Shown in pieces: positions 45,852-55,518 of a stretch of 61,706 nt of DNA (the first letter of the stretch is position 1; each line of letters starts with the position of its first letter). Below the pieces are notes generated by a model. That model saw nothing but the letters and a program-made list of their open reading frames with translations, had not been told where the DNA came from and did not search any database. The position numbers and the translations under genes are program-made. Source of the DNA: a virus (taxonomy: Duplodnaviria; Caudoviricetes); the IMG/VR virus record IMGVR_UViG_3300025141_013347, positions 1 through 61,706 of that record. One strand, 5' to 3'.

Positions 45852-47174
45852 ATGAGTAAAGACAATACAAACGTTGATCTCCAACCGGTTTCTCAATTGG
45901 AGGGCCCTGCGGACGATATTAAGCTTGACCCTTATCTCCTTGACCTTCTTTGGAATGAACCTTTCTTTAGTTCTGTCCTTCGGAGGGTTACAAAAGTACG
46001 TACAGATTCAATCCCTACCGCCGGCGTTTCGGCCGCGGATGGGAATTTGCGCCTCTGGTGGAACCCTAAGTTCGTAGGCACGCTTGAGCCGGCGAAGGTT
46101 CGTGGGTTGCTTAAGCATGAATGCTGGCACATCATCCTTGATCATACAACCACCCGACGGCACGAGCCTCACCTTCTATGGAACTACGCCACTGACTGGG
46201 CAATTAATTCCATGATACCCGAAAGTGAGTTACCAGAAGGGGGCCTTCGCCCGGCACGACCATTTGATGGATTGACCGAGGAACAATTGTCACAGATGAC
46301 ATCGGAACAGGTTGATCGTCATGCAAAGCTTTCCGCTTTCCAAGCCAGTCTTCCCCTCGATAAATCTTCAGAATGGTATTTCGCAGAGCTGCTCGATAAT
46401 GAAGAAATTAAAAAAGCTCTAGAAAAAAATGAAAAAGAACAAAGCGAAAGTGGGAATCCTACCCCTGGCATGCCTGGAGGCATGGATGATCACGAAGGGT
46501 GGGATGATCTCACCGATGAAGAGAGAGAATTAGTAAAAGGAAAAGTCAAGCAGGCGCTGGAAGAGGCAGTTAAAGAGGCGGACTCTAAGGCTAGGGGGTG
46601 GGGTACGATGAGCTCCGAAGGTCGCAAGATTATTCGAGAGTTGATTAGTAATGAAATCCCATGGCAGTCAGTTCTTAAAAAGTTTTGTGGAATGACCCGC
46701 CGGGCAAACCGTGCTAGCAATATTAAGAGACTTCACCGTAAGTATCCCGGCGTACACCCAGGTGCACAAAAGGGTTATACATCATCAATTGCGGTATACA
46801 TTGATCAATCTGGCTCAGTTTGTAATCAGGCTCTAGAGCAATTATTTGGTGAACTACGTAGTCTGGCAAAAAGAACTGAGTTCGTCGTGTATCACTTCGA
46901 CACTAGTGTTGATGAGAATAGTGAGACTACATGGAGAAAGGGTAAAACACCTCAAGCACACCGGACCAGGTTTGGCGGAACATGCTTTAAAGCGCCCACC
47001 GAGCATGCAAATAAAAATAGTCACCGCTTTGATGGCTATCTTATTCTTACTGACGGAGAGGCACCTGACCCAGGTCCTACAAAACTTAAGCGTGGATGGG
47101 TCATTGTTCCGGATAGGAAGCTTCTATTTAATGCTTCCAAGCGTGACTTTGTCATCACGATGAAGAGTAACTAA
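45852..47174 (+). CDS. DUF2201-type metallopeptidase-like plus vWA domain protein
   Basis: HECWH...H, WN.A.D..IN, IDQSGS MIDAS, GGT.F, LTDG. Confidence 0.85.
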   Translation: MSKDNTNVDLQPVSQLEGPADDIKLDPYLLDLLWNEPFFSSVLRRVTKVRTDSIPTAGVSAADGNLRLWWNPKFVGTLEPAKVRGLLKHECWHIILDHTTTRRHEPHLLWNYATDWAINSMIPESELPEGGLRPARPFDGLTEEQLSQMTSEQVDRHAKLSAFQASLPLDKSSEWYFAELLDNEEIKKALEKNEKEQSESGNPTPGMPGGMDDHEGWDDLTDEERELVKGKVKQALEEAVKEADSKARGWGTMSSEGRKIIRELISNEIPWQSVLKKFCGMTRRANRASNIKRLHRKYPGVHPGAQKGYTSSIAVYIDQSGSVCNQALEQLFGELRSLAKRTEFVVYHFDTSVDENSETTWRKGKTPQAHRTRFGGTCFKAPTEHANKNSHRFDGYLILTDGEAPDPGPTKLKRGWVIVPDRKLLFNASKRDFVITMKSN

Positions 47175-47821
47175 TAACCCCTTCTAGGTGTAGATAGTTC
47201 ACGTAGGAGTTCATTAATCTCCCAATTATTCCTATCTCTATGGTGGGGATCACTATAATTGGGATATCGACCATAATGACGTGACGGTGGCCGGACTATA
47301 TATGGATCACTCCAGTTATAGTAGCGATGTGTTCTTCGATACACGTCAACAAAGCGCCTAGTCATGTTTTTTATTCTTCTGGCTATTCGCCTAGACTTCC
47401 TACCACAGTATGTATTACCTGTGATAAGATAGCATATCGCTGTACTGTAACGCACGCGTACGTGCGCATGATCATTTAATATATCATGAAGACGTTGAGG
47501 CAAAAGCATATAAGGACTGCATGAGTCTCTTACATAGTAGTCTCTGGACCTAGGCTGGCAACTATATTCTCTAAAAAGCTTGCGAGATACCCTCTTCCGC
47601 TCTGCGTGTTTTGGTGAAAAGCCAATAAGTTTGTGAGTCATAGCCAGGGTTGTAAAGACATCCAGGCCTAAAGATTGTGCCTTACCAGCAGTGGCAATAC
47701 ACGCACGGTGTGCGGTGTTAAAATCCGTGTAGTATTTAAGGTGGGCAGATCTTCCATGTGGATCCACACCGGAAGAGGGTGGTGCCAACAATGCGGCACA
47801 TAAGGATAATACTTTTATCAT
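47171..47821 (-). CDS. hypothetical secreted basic protein
   Basis: Signal peptide-like N-terminus. Confidence 0.6.
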   Translation of the reverse strand: MIKVLSLCAALLAPPSSGVDPHGRSAHLKYYTDFNTAHRACIATAGKAQSLGLDVFTTLAMTHKLIGFSPKHAERKRVSRKLFREYSCQPRSRDYYVRDSCSPYMLLPQRLHDILNDHAHVRVRYSTAICYLITGNTYCGRKSRRIARRIKNMTRRFVDVYRRTHRYYNWSDPYIVRPPSRHYGRYPNYSDPHHRDRNNWEINELLRELSTPRRGY

Positions 47822-47840
47822 GCTTGTATCTCGATGATTA

Positions 47841-48035
47841 TTAAGAAATGAGTGGCAGCCATTTTTTTTGTTGCCATCTTAGTGTAAGTTCGATAACATC
47901 CTCAGGCTTTTCTAAGACTCTTAATTTATGGCCATTTGTCATTGTGACCATTGTGTCACCCAATCTCTCCACAAATGCAATTAGATCGGCATTGATTACA
48001 ATTTTTTCATCTTTTATTGATGTGAGCTCAATCAT
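47841..48035 (-). CDS. FlbD/SwrD family flagellar protein
   Basis: MI.LT......INADLI..VE...DT.VT.TNG....V.E...VI pattern, 64 aa. Confidence 0.8.
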   Translation of the reverse strand: MIELTSIKDEKIVINADLIAFVERLGDTMVTMTNGHKLRVLEKPEDVIELTLRWQQKKWLPLIS

Positions 48036-48168
48036 AAAAACCTTAAAATGATCTAATAAAAATACAATATAATTTGTTGTATGTATAATTGATATGGGAA
48101 CTTCATGGGAAGAACACATATAATATATTATAGGCGCTACAACATTGGAGGCCGCACCGAGAGGGAAC

Positions 48169-50289
48169 ATGTCTAGGTCTTTACATCTTTATTTTATTCT
48201 TTGGCTTTTGATTCTAACATCAATGGGATGCTCCAAAACCCCAAAAGGTGGTGATAGTGGCATAAAAGACATTGTCTATCCAGAGGTGGGCCTTGATGTC
48301 AAGAATAACGATGCAAAAGATATACAGGAAGAAACTCAGAAAGATACCTACTCCATATGGACGGATCCCTGTATCGATTGCGCATGGTACTTTTGTGGTG
48401 AACAAAGCACAAACCCTAACTCTTCATTGTATAGAAAGCAAATCTGTATTAATAACTGTGATGATCCTCCGACCGTTGTATATGAGGGAGAGTGTGAAGA
48501 GCACCTAGAATGTAATCCTGCACAACCTATTATTGAGGTCGACCTACCTTGCCAAACATCAGATGGATATCCTGGTACACAGGACAAAATATGCAACAAG
48601 GGACAAATACAATACACTGACTGCACAACTGATTGTGCTGAAGAGATATGTAACGGGATTGACGATGATTGTGATGACATCGTTGATGAGGGATTTGATG
48701 AAATAATTGAAGTCTGTAACAATATCGATGATAACTGTAATGGACAAGTTGATGAAGGCTTAGAGGGTATATGTGCAAATGAGTGTGGTATCGGTGATCT
48801 TCTTTGTATCGCCGGTATAGAAGTATGCTTTGCCCCTCCTCCGGAGGAAGAAATATGTGACTATCAAGACAATGATTGTGACGGTGAGATAGATGAAGAT
48901 CAATTAAACGCATGCGGCCTTTGCGGCCTTGTTCCAGAAGAAGCATGTGATGGGGTGGATAACGACTGTGATGGTGACACAGACGAAGAGCTTCTACAGC
49001 CATGTGGCACCGCATGTGGCGAAGGGTATGAAATATGTCAAGAGGGTAACTGGATATCATGCACAGCCCCACCGGTTCTGCCTGAAATATGTGATGGGCT
49101 GGATAATGATTGTGATGGACAAATAGATGAGGAGCTTGAGTGTATATGCACGATACAAGATGTGGGAGCATTTTTCCCATGTCAGGAAAGCCCGCTAGCA
49201 TGCGGGCAGGGATACAAAACATGCGAGTGCACAGATCCTACGTGTCAGACAATCGTAACCACACCCTGTTATGCCATATGTTATTGGTTAACAGATCCAC
49301 CCGGGTCAGATCCGAACTGTAATCCTACGCAGGGAATGGCATTGGCCAATGAAGAATGTAATAATTTCGATGACAACTGCAATCAATTGATTGATGAAGA
49401 TCTAGTATCAGGTTGTTATACCGGCCCTGAAGGTACACTCTTTGTAGGGATATGTGAGCCCGGTGAAATGACATGTGAGGCCGGTGTATGGGGAAACAAT
49501 AATGATATTACAAATAACTTTGTTCCTGGCTTTTGTAAAGATGAAGTAACGCCACAACCGGAAGTATGTAATGGCGAAGATGATGACTGTGATGGTATCG
49601 TCGACTGGGGCGAAGAATTAAAGGACACGGACATTCTATTTGTTATAGACTGGTCCGGGTCAATGACGGATGAGATAGCAGCTGTTATGACTGCATTAAA
49701 TCAGTTTGCTGGAAATTTCAGCGATGAGACTGTTCTACAGTGGGGTGTTATTTTAGGACCAAAAGAGATCCCGGGAAGCTTTGGTGACGAAAGGCTTGAG
49801 CTTTATCATAACTTAACCGGCTTTACACCTTTCTTGAATTCAATGGCATCATTAGGATTTAATGGAATGAATACGGCAGATGAAATGTTGCTAGACGCCC
49901 TATTCCTATCATTACACAATATCAGTGGCACGCCCCCTTACCAGGTTGGTGATTTATCATGGAGCGGATGGAGTGTAGGAGAGTCTCTTCCACCAAAGGA
50001 TAACTTCACCGTTAATTGGCGCGCCGGCGCAGATAAAATTATAATTGTCTTTAGCGATGAAATGCCCCAGAGTTATATGAGCCCTAAGATATCCTCTGCT
50101 AACATAATGACAATGGGACAAGGCACGCCTCAATTAAAGATTTACACGTTCTCTACTAACCTAGCATGGGAATGGGATGAAATCGCCACTATCACCGGTG
50201 GAAAGTACTATGATCTTACCAATAATCCCACGGCAATGTACAATAGCTTGATGGAAATATTGGATGAGATCTGTAAGGGTGGATCCTAA
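48169..50289 (+). CDS. lipoprotein with Cys-rich E.C(N/D)G.D.DCDG..DE repeats and C-terminal vWA domain
   Basis: SMGC lipobox; seven repeats; DILFVIDWSGSM. Confidence 0.85.
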   Translation: MSRSLHLYFILWLLILTSMGCSKTPKGGDSGIKDIVYPEVGLDVKNNDAKDIQEETQKDTYSIWTDPCIDCAWYFCGEQSTNPNSSLYRKQICINNCDDPPTVVYEGECEEHLECNPAQPIIEVDLPCQTSDGYPGTQDKICNKGQIQYTDCTTDCAEEICNGIDDDCDDIVDEGFDEIIEVCNNIDDNCNGQVDEGLEGICANECGIGDLLCIAGIEVCFAPPPEEEICDYQDNDCDGEIDEDQLNACGLCGLVPEEACDGVDNDCDGDTDEELLQPCGTACGEGYEICQEGNWISCTAPPVLPEICDGLDNDCDGQIDEELECICTIQDVGAFFPCQESPLACGQGYKTCECTDPTCQTIVTTPCYAICYWLTDPPGSDPNCNPTQGMALANEECNNFDDNCNQLIDEDLVSGCYTGPEGTLFVGICEPGEMTCEAGVWGNNNDITNNFVPGFCKDEVTPQPEVCNGEDDDCDGIVDWGEELKDTDILFVIDWSGSMTDEIAAVMTALNQFAGNFSDETVLQWGVILGPKEIPGSFGDERLELYHNLTGFTPFLNSMASLGFNGMNTADEMLLDALFLSLHNISGTPPYQVGDLSWSGWSVGESLPPKDNFTVNWRAGADKIIIVFSDEMPQSYMSPKISSANIMTMGQGTPQLKIYTFSTNLAWEWDEIATITGGKYYDLTNNPTAMYNSLMEILDEICKGGS

Positions 50290-50294
50290 GTCAC

Positions 50295-50591
50295 ATGTCA
50301 ACGTCAATGTGGTATATGTATGTGTTGCATTGTCATGACAAATCATATTATTGTGGTATAACAACCAGCCCAACACGACGTGTGAAAGAGCACAATAATG
50401 ATAAAAAAAAGGCATCAAAATATGCCTGGTCTCGCCGACCGGTTGTCTTGTTTTATAAAGAAGAGCATGGTTCTAGAAGCGCAGCACAAAAGGCTGAATG
50501 TGCGTTTAAAAAACTGAACAAATCACAGAAACTGGATTATATGTTTAAAAGGTGCCAAGAGAATACTAGGAAGGCATCCATTAACAAGTAA
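50295..50591 (+). CDS. GIY-YIG nuclease (UPF0213-like)
   Basis: WYMYVL.C.D.SYYCGIT....RR..EHN, KY...RRPV. Confidence 0.88.
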   Translation: MSTSMWYMYVLHCHDKSYYCGITTSPTRRVKEHNNDKKKASKYAWSRRPVVLFYKEEHGSRSAAQKAECAFKKLNKSQKLDYMFKRCQENTRKASINK

Positions 50592-50597
50592 GGTACA

Positions 50598-51239
50598 TTG
50601 ATGAATGCGCAGAGATATCTAGCCTTTGTAGAATCATTGCATACGTGGCTCTATGAGCACATTAAAGATCCATCCGATAGTCAACCTAAGCATATTATTG
50701 ATAGGCTGCTGAGGGGCTTAGAAAACCACGTAGAGTGGTATATTTCTGATGGTATGGTTCATGAGCTTGTGGTGCTAGAAGATCTTGCCGAAAGAAGCAA
50801 TTTGGTTGATCTGTTGATAGGATACACGGGGAACCAAGTCACACGTGGGCCGGTTGGAAAAATAAGACAACTTGGAAAACATCACAAGTTCTGGAAACAC
50901 TGGACCGATATGGGATTTCCTTGTGTTGAACATGTTCGACCAATCTCAGAGATTAGACAGGCATTGATTAAAAATCACCCAAGCTTATATCTTAAAAAGT
51001 ATCACGAGCTTTCTTCACGGTCCAGGACACTAGCTGCAGTTAATTTATTGGACGTTATGAAAAAGTCGCCCATATGTCTTATCACACGAAGTGAAGACAA
51101 AAGGATAATTAAAAATAAGCGTGGGGATGATCCATGGATGTCATATGATTCCCCTATCACCGGTGAAAAAATAAATAGAAAACTCATAAGAAATGACAAT
51201 CTCCCGTGCAAAAATGATGTGGTTATGGTATTATCATAG
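50598..51239 (+). CDS. hypothetical protein (EHV.P motif, possible His-Me nuclease fold)
   Basis: CVEHVRP...ICLITRSED. Confidence 0.6.
   Translation: MMNAQRYLAFVESLHTWLYEHIKDPSDSQPKHIIDRLLRGLENHVEWYISDGMVHELVVLEDLAERSNLVDLLIGYTGNQVTRGPVGKIRQLGKHHKFWKHWTDMGFPCVEHVRPISEIRQALIKNHPSLYLKKYHELSSRSRTLAAVNLLDVMKKSPICLITRSEDKRIIKNKRGDDPWMSYDSPITGEKINRKLIRNDNLPCKNDVVMVLS
51206..51234 (+). promoter_or_regulatory. GTGCAA-N17-TATTAT promoter
   Basis: Family member. Confidence 0.7.
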
Positions 51240-51272
51240 TAGGCGAAGTTTTAATCATCAAATAAGGGAAAC

Positions 51273-51950
51273 ATGAAAGCCTCAGAACGTGATAACATTA
51301 TCGATGACCTCCTCAAGAAATACCCCCGGGGACCGGCCGGTGTATCACTTACATATTCCCATAGTGAAAGCTGGTGCCGAGAAAGAAAGAGATACATCAA
51401 CATGTATATTCCGTCAGTTTTATATTGTGGGTACCGAGACGAGGCATTGTTTTCGTTAAATATTCATACAAAGAGCCAAGCTATCTCTTACATTCAGAAT
51501 AGATTTTTCCCAGGAAAGAGTAACTGGGACCTGGGTCGAAAAAGAAGTACCATTACTCGCCGGGCTAATCGGTTGTGGCAACGTCTAGATGATGCCGTGA
51601 AGGAGGTTCAAGAGCGTGGTTCTAAGGGAATATATAAAATTGGAAGAAAATACCGGCAATCCGGACAGCCGCTAGGGTATGTTTTTGCATGTAGTGTAGA
51701 TGAAGCGATTACTGTCATGCGTACATTTTTTCCCAATCTAGATCCTGAATCTCATACTGCACATTTTATCGAAATGGGAAATATCGAAAAGCTTCATGAA
51801 TACAACAAGACTGTACAGGCCCTTTTTGAACGAAAGAAACATGATCTTGAGCAAGAAATCAAGAGAGCTGAAAGTGGGATCGCACAGTTGAAAGCACATT
51901 CGGAGATGGTCGATGTTCTAGTAGGGCATCAGATTGCATGTGAGAGTTAA
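51273..51950 (+). CDS. hypothetical protein, paralog of 8902-9477
   Basis: Shared motifs. Confidence 0.75.
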   Translation: MKASERDNIIDDLLKKYPRGPAGVSLTYSHSESWCRERKRYINMYIPSVLYCGYRDEALFSLNIHTKSQAISYIQNRFFPGKSNWDLGRKRSTITRRANRLWQRLDDAVKEVQERGSKGIYKIGRKYRQSGQPLGYVFACSVDEAITVMRTFFPNLDPESHTAHFIEMGNIEKLHEYNKTVQALFERKKHDLEQEIKRAESGIAQLKAHSEMVDVLVGHQIACES

Positions 51951-51953
51951 ACC

Positions 51954-52316
51954 ATGGGTACTCATGCTATACTGGGCATTAAATATCCCGGAGGTCGGGT
52001 CGATGGCTGTTACGTACATTACGATGGTGGCACTATGATCCCTAGGATCAAAGACTTCATTAGTAAGAATACAACAACGGGGTTAGCGGTCTTGATTGCC
52101 AAAGCCCAGACCACGGGGGGTATACGAAGTTTTTATGTTCGCCCTTATGATAGGGTACATGGAGAGCCTGATTGCCCTCCGGAGACAGAATTCTTAGAAG
52201 ATGATAATCCTTATGTAATAGATACAGAAAACTGGAAAGATGATCATTTTGGTACGGCGTATGAATACCTAGTCGACTATGAAACAGCTACAATCCACCA
52301 ACAGTCACGCTATTAA
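51954..52316 (+). CDS. conserved phage protein (Y.H.DG family)
   Basis: MGT...GI...CYVHYDG...YEYL. Confidence 0.7.
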   Translation: MGTHAILGIKYPGGRVDGCYVHYDGGTMIPRIKDFISKNTTTGLAVLIAKAQTTGGIRSFYVRPYDRVHGEPDCPPETEFLEDDNPYVIDTENWKDDHFGTAYEYLVDYETATIHQQSRY

Positions 52317-52542
52317 TAGGACAAATAATATGAAAATAGATAAAGACTTTATTGTAGAGCTTGGGGGCGCACTCTTTCTAGGGGTGATGTGTTATGGGCT
52401 TACTATCCTTGTTTTTTGCCTTTAAAGTTTTAAAGAGGGTATGTACATTGAGTTTTTTGTGATTATATTTTTTTAGGTTAAGGGTCGCCATAGTGGGTCC
52501 TTTAGTCTAAATTGTAACTCGCTTATAAAAAGGAGAAATAAT

Positions 52543-52971
52543 ATGAGCAATGCACTTACTACTTATCGTCCGGGTCTACTAGGCCGAACTGTCTTTGATG
52601 ATGTTTTTGATAGTTTTTTCATGGACTTTCCACAACATCTTAAACGTACAACTTCCGGATATCCCGTGGCTGACATATATCAAAATGAGTCAGGCAACAC
52701 TATTTTGGAATTTGCATTGGCGGGATTTTCTAAAGAAGATCTCTCCATAGAAGTTAAACCGGAAAAGAGAAGCATAACTGTTTCAGCCAGTTCTGATGAT
52801 ACCGGTGTCGACAACAGAAGAATTGCCAAACGAAGCTTTCAAAAAACATATGTCAATTATGATGACAACCTTGATCTCTCTTCAGTAGAGGCGTCATATG
52901 AAAATGGCCTTCTTACCGTAACAGTCCCTATTCGGCCTGAGATAAAGCCTCTGTCAATTAAAATCAGTTAA
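52543..52971 (+). CDS. small heat-shock protein (Hsp20)
   Basis: YP..DI, EFALAGF, IAKRSF, A..ENGLL.V. Confidence 0.92.
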   Translation: MSNALTTYRPGLLGRTVFDDVFDSFFMDFPQHLKRTTSGYPVADIYQNESGNTILEFALAGFSKEDLSIEVKPEKRSITVSASSDDTGVDNRRIAKRSFQKTYVNYDDNLDLSSVEASYENGLLTVTVPIRPEIKPLSIKIS

Positions 52972-52990
52972 TCAGACTGGGTTAATGTAG

Positions 52991-53020
52991 AAAGGTTGGG
53001 AAATTTCCCAACCTTTTTTT
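52991..53020 (+). terminator. intrinsic terminator
   Basis: AAAGGTTGGGA-AATT-TCCCAACCTTT followed by Ts. Confidence 0.85.
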
Positions 53021-53027
53021 ATGTTTC

Positions 53028-53056
53028 GTGCAAAATAGTCATGCCTATGGTATAAT
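53028..53056 (+). promoter_or_regulatory. GTGCAA-N17-TATAAT promoter heading the MKVGD array
   Basis: Family member. Confidence 0.75.
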
Positions 53057-53082
53057 ATTATTATAGAAAAGGAAAGGACATC

Positions 53083-53295
53083 ATGACTAAACCAATCGCT
53101 CCAGTTACAGCAGTTAATCATATCCTCAAAGCCTTTGATGGCATGACGGAGATGGGTGGCACTGATGGTTGGCTCGTTACTTTTCAAAATCAGGAAGATA
53201 CCGAAAGCGTCATCAAGCTGATTGGGGTGCTCAATGGTTGGAAGGCTACTGAACACCCTCACATTCTACACATGATTCAAATCCAGGGAGCTTAA
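53083..53295 (+). CDS. hypothetical protein
   Basis: AAGGA SD. Confidence 0.65.
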   Translation: MTKPIAPVTAVNHILKAFDGMTEMGGTDGWLVTFQNQEDTESVIKLIGVLNGWKATEHPHILHMIQIQGA

Positions 53296-53296
53296 A

Positions 53297-53686
53297 ATGA
53301 ACCGCGGTACAATCAAAAAGTACTATCGTGAAGCTATCGTTAGTGTCTTCGGTTGTGATGATAAAAAGATTGATGCACAACTTCTTAAGGCAGTTAAGGA
53401 AGATATTCATCTTGTCGGGCATGCTCCCGGGGAATGGATAAGTTCAGAAGGCGTATTAGAAATCTATTGTGAAAATGGAATTCCTAATGCATCTGATGTT
53501 CACGACTTTAGCTATGAGGCTCGCGAGTTTGGACTGGACCCATCGCATGCCGTCAGCTACAACAGTGATAAATGGGACATGATCGACGGTCTCGTCAACC
53601 TGATGCTTGAAGCAACGGGAGAGCCTCAACGTTATTATCATGAACCTTATAATAGCGCCGTTGTTGGTATTTGGGTTAACCCATGA
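53297..53686 (+). CDS. hypothetical protein
   Basis: GGAG SD. Confidence 0.7.
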   Translation: MNRGTIKKYYREAIVSVFGCDDKKIDAQLLKAVKEDIHLVGHAPGEWISSEGVLEIYCENGIPNASDVHDFSYEAREFGLDPSHAVSYNSDKWDMIDGLVNLMLEATGEPQRYYHEPYNSAVVGIWVNP

Positions 53687-53892
53687 AGCCAGGTGACTTG
53701 GTGGTACGAAAAATTGATGAGCGATATTTCGAGCGCCGTACGGCCCTTAGACAGCGTCAAGAACTGGGATATGGTCTTATCTTGACGAAGCAGATGGCCG
53801 GCCAGAACCCAGCTCATCCATGCATCACTGTTTTCTACCCGAAGACAGGGCAGGTTTACGACATTGCAGAGAGCCTGATGGAGATCCTATGA
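53683..53892 (+). CDS. MKVGD-family small KOW/SH3-like protein
   Basis: MKPGDLVV. Confidence 0.8.
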   Translation: MKPGDLVVRKIDERYFERRTALRQRQELGYGLILTKQMAGQNPAHPCITVFYPKTGQVYDIAESLMEIL

Positions 53893-54152
53893 AGGTCGGT
53901 GATTTGATTAAAGAGAAAGCAACCGGTCGCACAGGGTTCATTGAGCGAATCGACAAGGATTACTACGGTGCCACGCTGGCCTTCAAACGTTATAAACCGA
54001 TTGAGCGAGGTAAGTGTATCCGTGGGGATAGTGTTGACGGCTTTGGTCCGACAAAAGATGGTAAGCAAGACCGTGTGATGATTTGTTGGACAGACGATTA
54101 TGCGTCATATTTGAAATCTGCAGATATTGAGGTGATCAGTGAAAGTCGGTGA
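53889..54152 (+). CDS. MKVGD-family protein
   Basis: MKVGDLIK...IEVISESR. Confidence 0.8.
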   Translation: MKVGDLIKEKATGRTGFIERIDKDYYGATLAFKRYKPIERGKCIRGDSVDGFGPTKDGKQDRVMICWTDDYASYLKSADIEVISESR

Positions 54153-54333
54153 CCTGGTGCGAACAATTTCCGGGGCCGAGCGTCGTGATGAGTTAGGAGT
54201 TATTTCCTCCATCATCGAACCACATGAGCATAATCTTTGGCCAGGAGACAATCTGATCGAAGTTCTATACGGCGACGGTTTTTTAAGATGGAACGAGCGT
54301 AGCCTAGAGGTAGTAAGTGATGCAAGTCGGTGA
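54139..54333 (+). CDS. MKVGD-family protein
   Basis: GTG start MKVGDLVR...LEVVSDASR. Confidence 0.8.
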   Translation: MKVGDLVRTISGAERRDELGVISSIIEPHEHNLWPGDNLIEVLYGDGFLRWNERSLEVVSDASR

Positions 54334-54499
54334 TTTGATATATCACAAGTGGGGCAAAGATTGTGGTGTTGTGGTCGGACGTCCGGACCCAGCAAGACAA
54401 CCACCGCCGAATAACTGGTATGTAATGTTCGGCACTAAAATAACCATGGTTCACGAAGATAGTTGCGAGGTCATGAATGAATCAAATTTATCTGAATAG
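54320..54499 (+). CDS. MKVGD-family protein
   Basis: MQVGDLIY...CEVMNES. Confidence 0.8.
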   Translation: MQVGDLIYHKWGKDCGVVVGRPDPARQPPPNNWYVMFGTKITMVHEDSCEVMNESNLSE

Positions 54500-54701
54500 A
54501 GAGCAGTGCTACAATTTTGGCGTTTCATATTATGAGGAAGGTAAAATTTCTCTACCTGCAGATGTGATCCTACAATCGAAAGGATATTCTGGATATGATC
54601 AAGTTCACCAGGATTTTCTAAAGCCTATGGGTAATCGAATTATCCACCTCAGCAAGACTTCCTCTGACGCACCTGGGTGGTATACAGTTGAAAGTCGGTG
54701 A
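54477..54701 (+). CDS. unrelated cargo ORF within the MKVGD array
   Basis: GAGGT SD in upstream gene; ends VESR in the junction. Confidence 0.7.
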   Translation: MNQIYLNREQCYNFGVSYYEEGKISLPADVILQSKGYSGYDQVHQDFLKPMGNRIIHLSKTSSDAPGWYTVESR

Positions 54702-54876
54702 TTTAGTACGATTTCATTATGATCATCGCTGGACAGGGGCAACAAACGACTGGGGCCTTGGGCTTATTGAAGAGTCACACAACGATGGTACATTTGAGGT
54801 GATTTGGCCTAAGGCAAACTGGGCCTCCCGGACGCTGGGCCCTAAATGTCTGGAGGTTGTAAGTGAAAGTCGGTAA
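54688..54876 (+). CDS. MKVGD-family protein
   Basis: TTG start MKVGDLVR...LEVVSESR. Confidence 0.8.
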   Translation: MKVGDLVRFHYDHRWTGATNDWGLGLIEESHNDGTFEVIWPKANWASRTLGPKCLEVVSESR

Positions 54877-55078
54877 CTTGGTAAGGTGCAAATTCCAACC
54901 TAGCACTAGTAGGGTCCAGCATGGTATCTGCTTGCCCATGCCATATGATATCAAGGATGAATTAGGGATATACATTAAACATAGGGACGAATGCTCCGGT
55001 GTTGTTTTGTTTCCACAGTTTGGGTATGAACATACACTCGCGTGGATCTCACTGGAGATTATCAATGAAAGTCGGTGA
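54863..55078 (+). CDS. MKVGD-family protein
   Basis: MKVGNLVR...LEIINESR. Confidence 0.8.
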   Translation: MKVGNLVRCKFQPSTSRVQHGICLPMPYDIKDELGIYIKHRDECSGVVLFPQFGYEHTLAWISLEIINESR

Positions 55079-55161
55079 ATATGGAATATTTTACTGTTAA
55101 CAATGTTGCTACTGCGATGATTGTCGGAATACTTTTGTTCTTCGAGGGAAGAGATAAATGA
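55065..55161 (+). pseudogene. truncated or frameshifted MKVGD cassette
   Basis: ATGAAAGTCGGTGAA start reaches a stop after 11 codons; a 26-codon ORF in another frame fills the gap. Confidence 0.5.
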
Positions 55162-55358
55162 AAGTCGGTGATTTAGTAATAGTCAGACAGGACATAAATG
55201 AATTTGTTGATATACACGGCAAAGTGCCAGGTATCATCACAGATATGATTCCACCAAAAACAAATCCCCAACTAGTTGAAATTCGTTGGACAGCTGGGAA
55301 TGATGAATTTGAGAAATTTTATTCAGATGAACTTGAGGTGATTAGTGAAAGTCGGTGA
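55158..55358 (+). CDS. MKVGD-family protein
   Basis: MKVGDLVI...LEVISESR. Confidence 0.8.
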   Translation: MKVGDLVIVRQDINEFVDIHGKVPGIITDMIPPKTNPQLVEIRWTAGNDEFEKFYSDELEVISESR

Positions 55359-55518
55359 CGTTGTGAGGTATATTCATAAGAAATTTCCAAAAGACACACT
55401 CGGAATTATTTTAGGGATCAAAGGCAAGAAAGTTCGGGTTCAATGGGCTAATCATCCATCTGGGCCGGCTGCATCATTCATCGAAGAAAACAAAGAATCT
55501 TTGAAGGCAACACAATGA
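55345..55518 (+). CDS. MKVGD-family protein (not in ORF track)
   Basis: GTG start MKVGDVVRY...GIIL...VQW, 57 aa. Confidence 0.75.
   Translation: MKVGDVVRYIHKKFPKDTLGIILGIKGKKVRVQWANHPSGPAASFIEENKESLKATQ

Noticed and set aside
48348-49634. Several long antisense ORFs within the Cys-rich lipoprotein gene
   Set aside because: Shadows of the repetitive sense-strand codons; no SD or recognisable motifs.
50295-50591. GIY-YIG gene as a homing endonuclease or mobile intron
   Set aside because: Short stand-alone UPF0213-type protein with no DNA-binding extension and no interrupted host gene.
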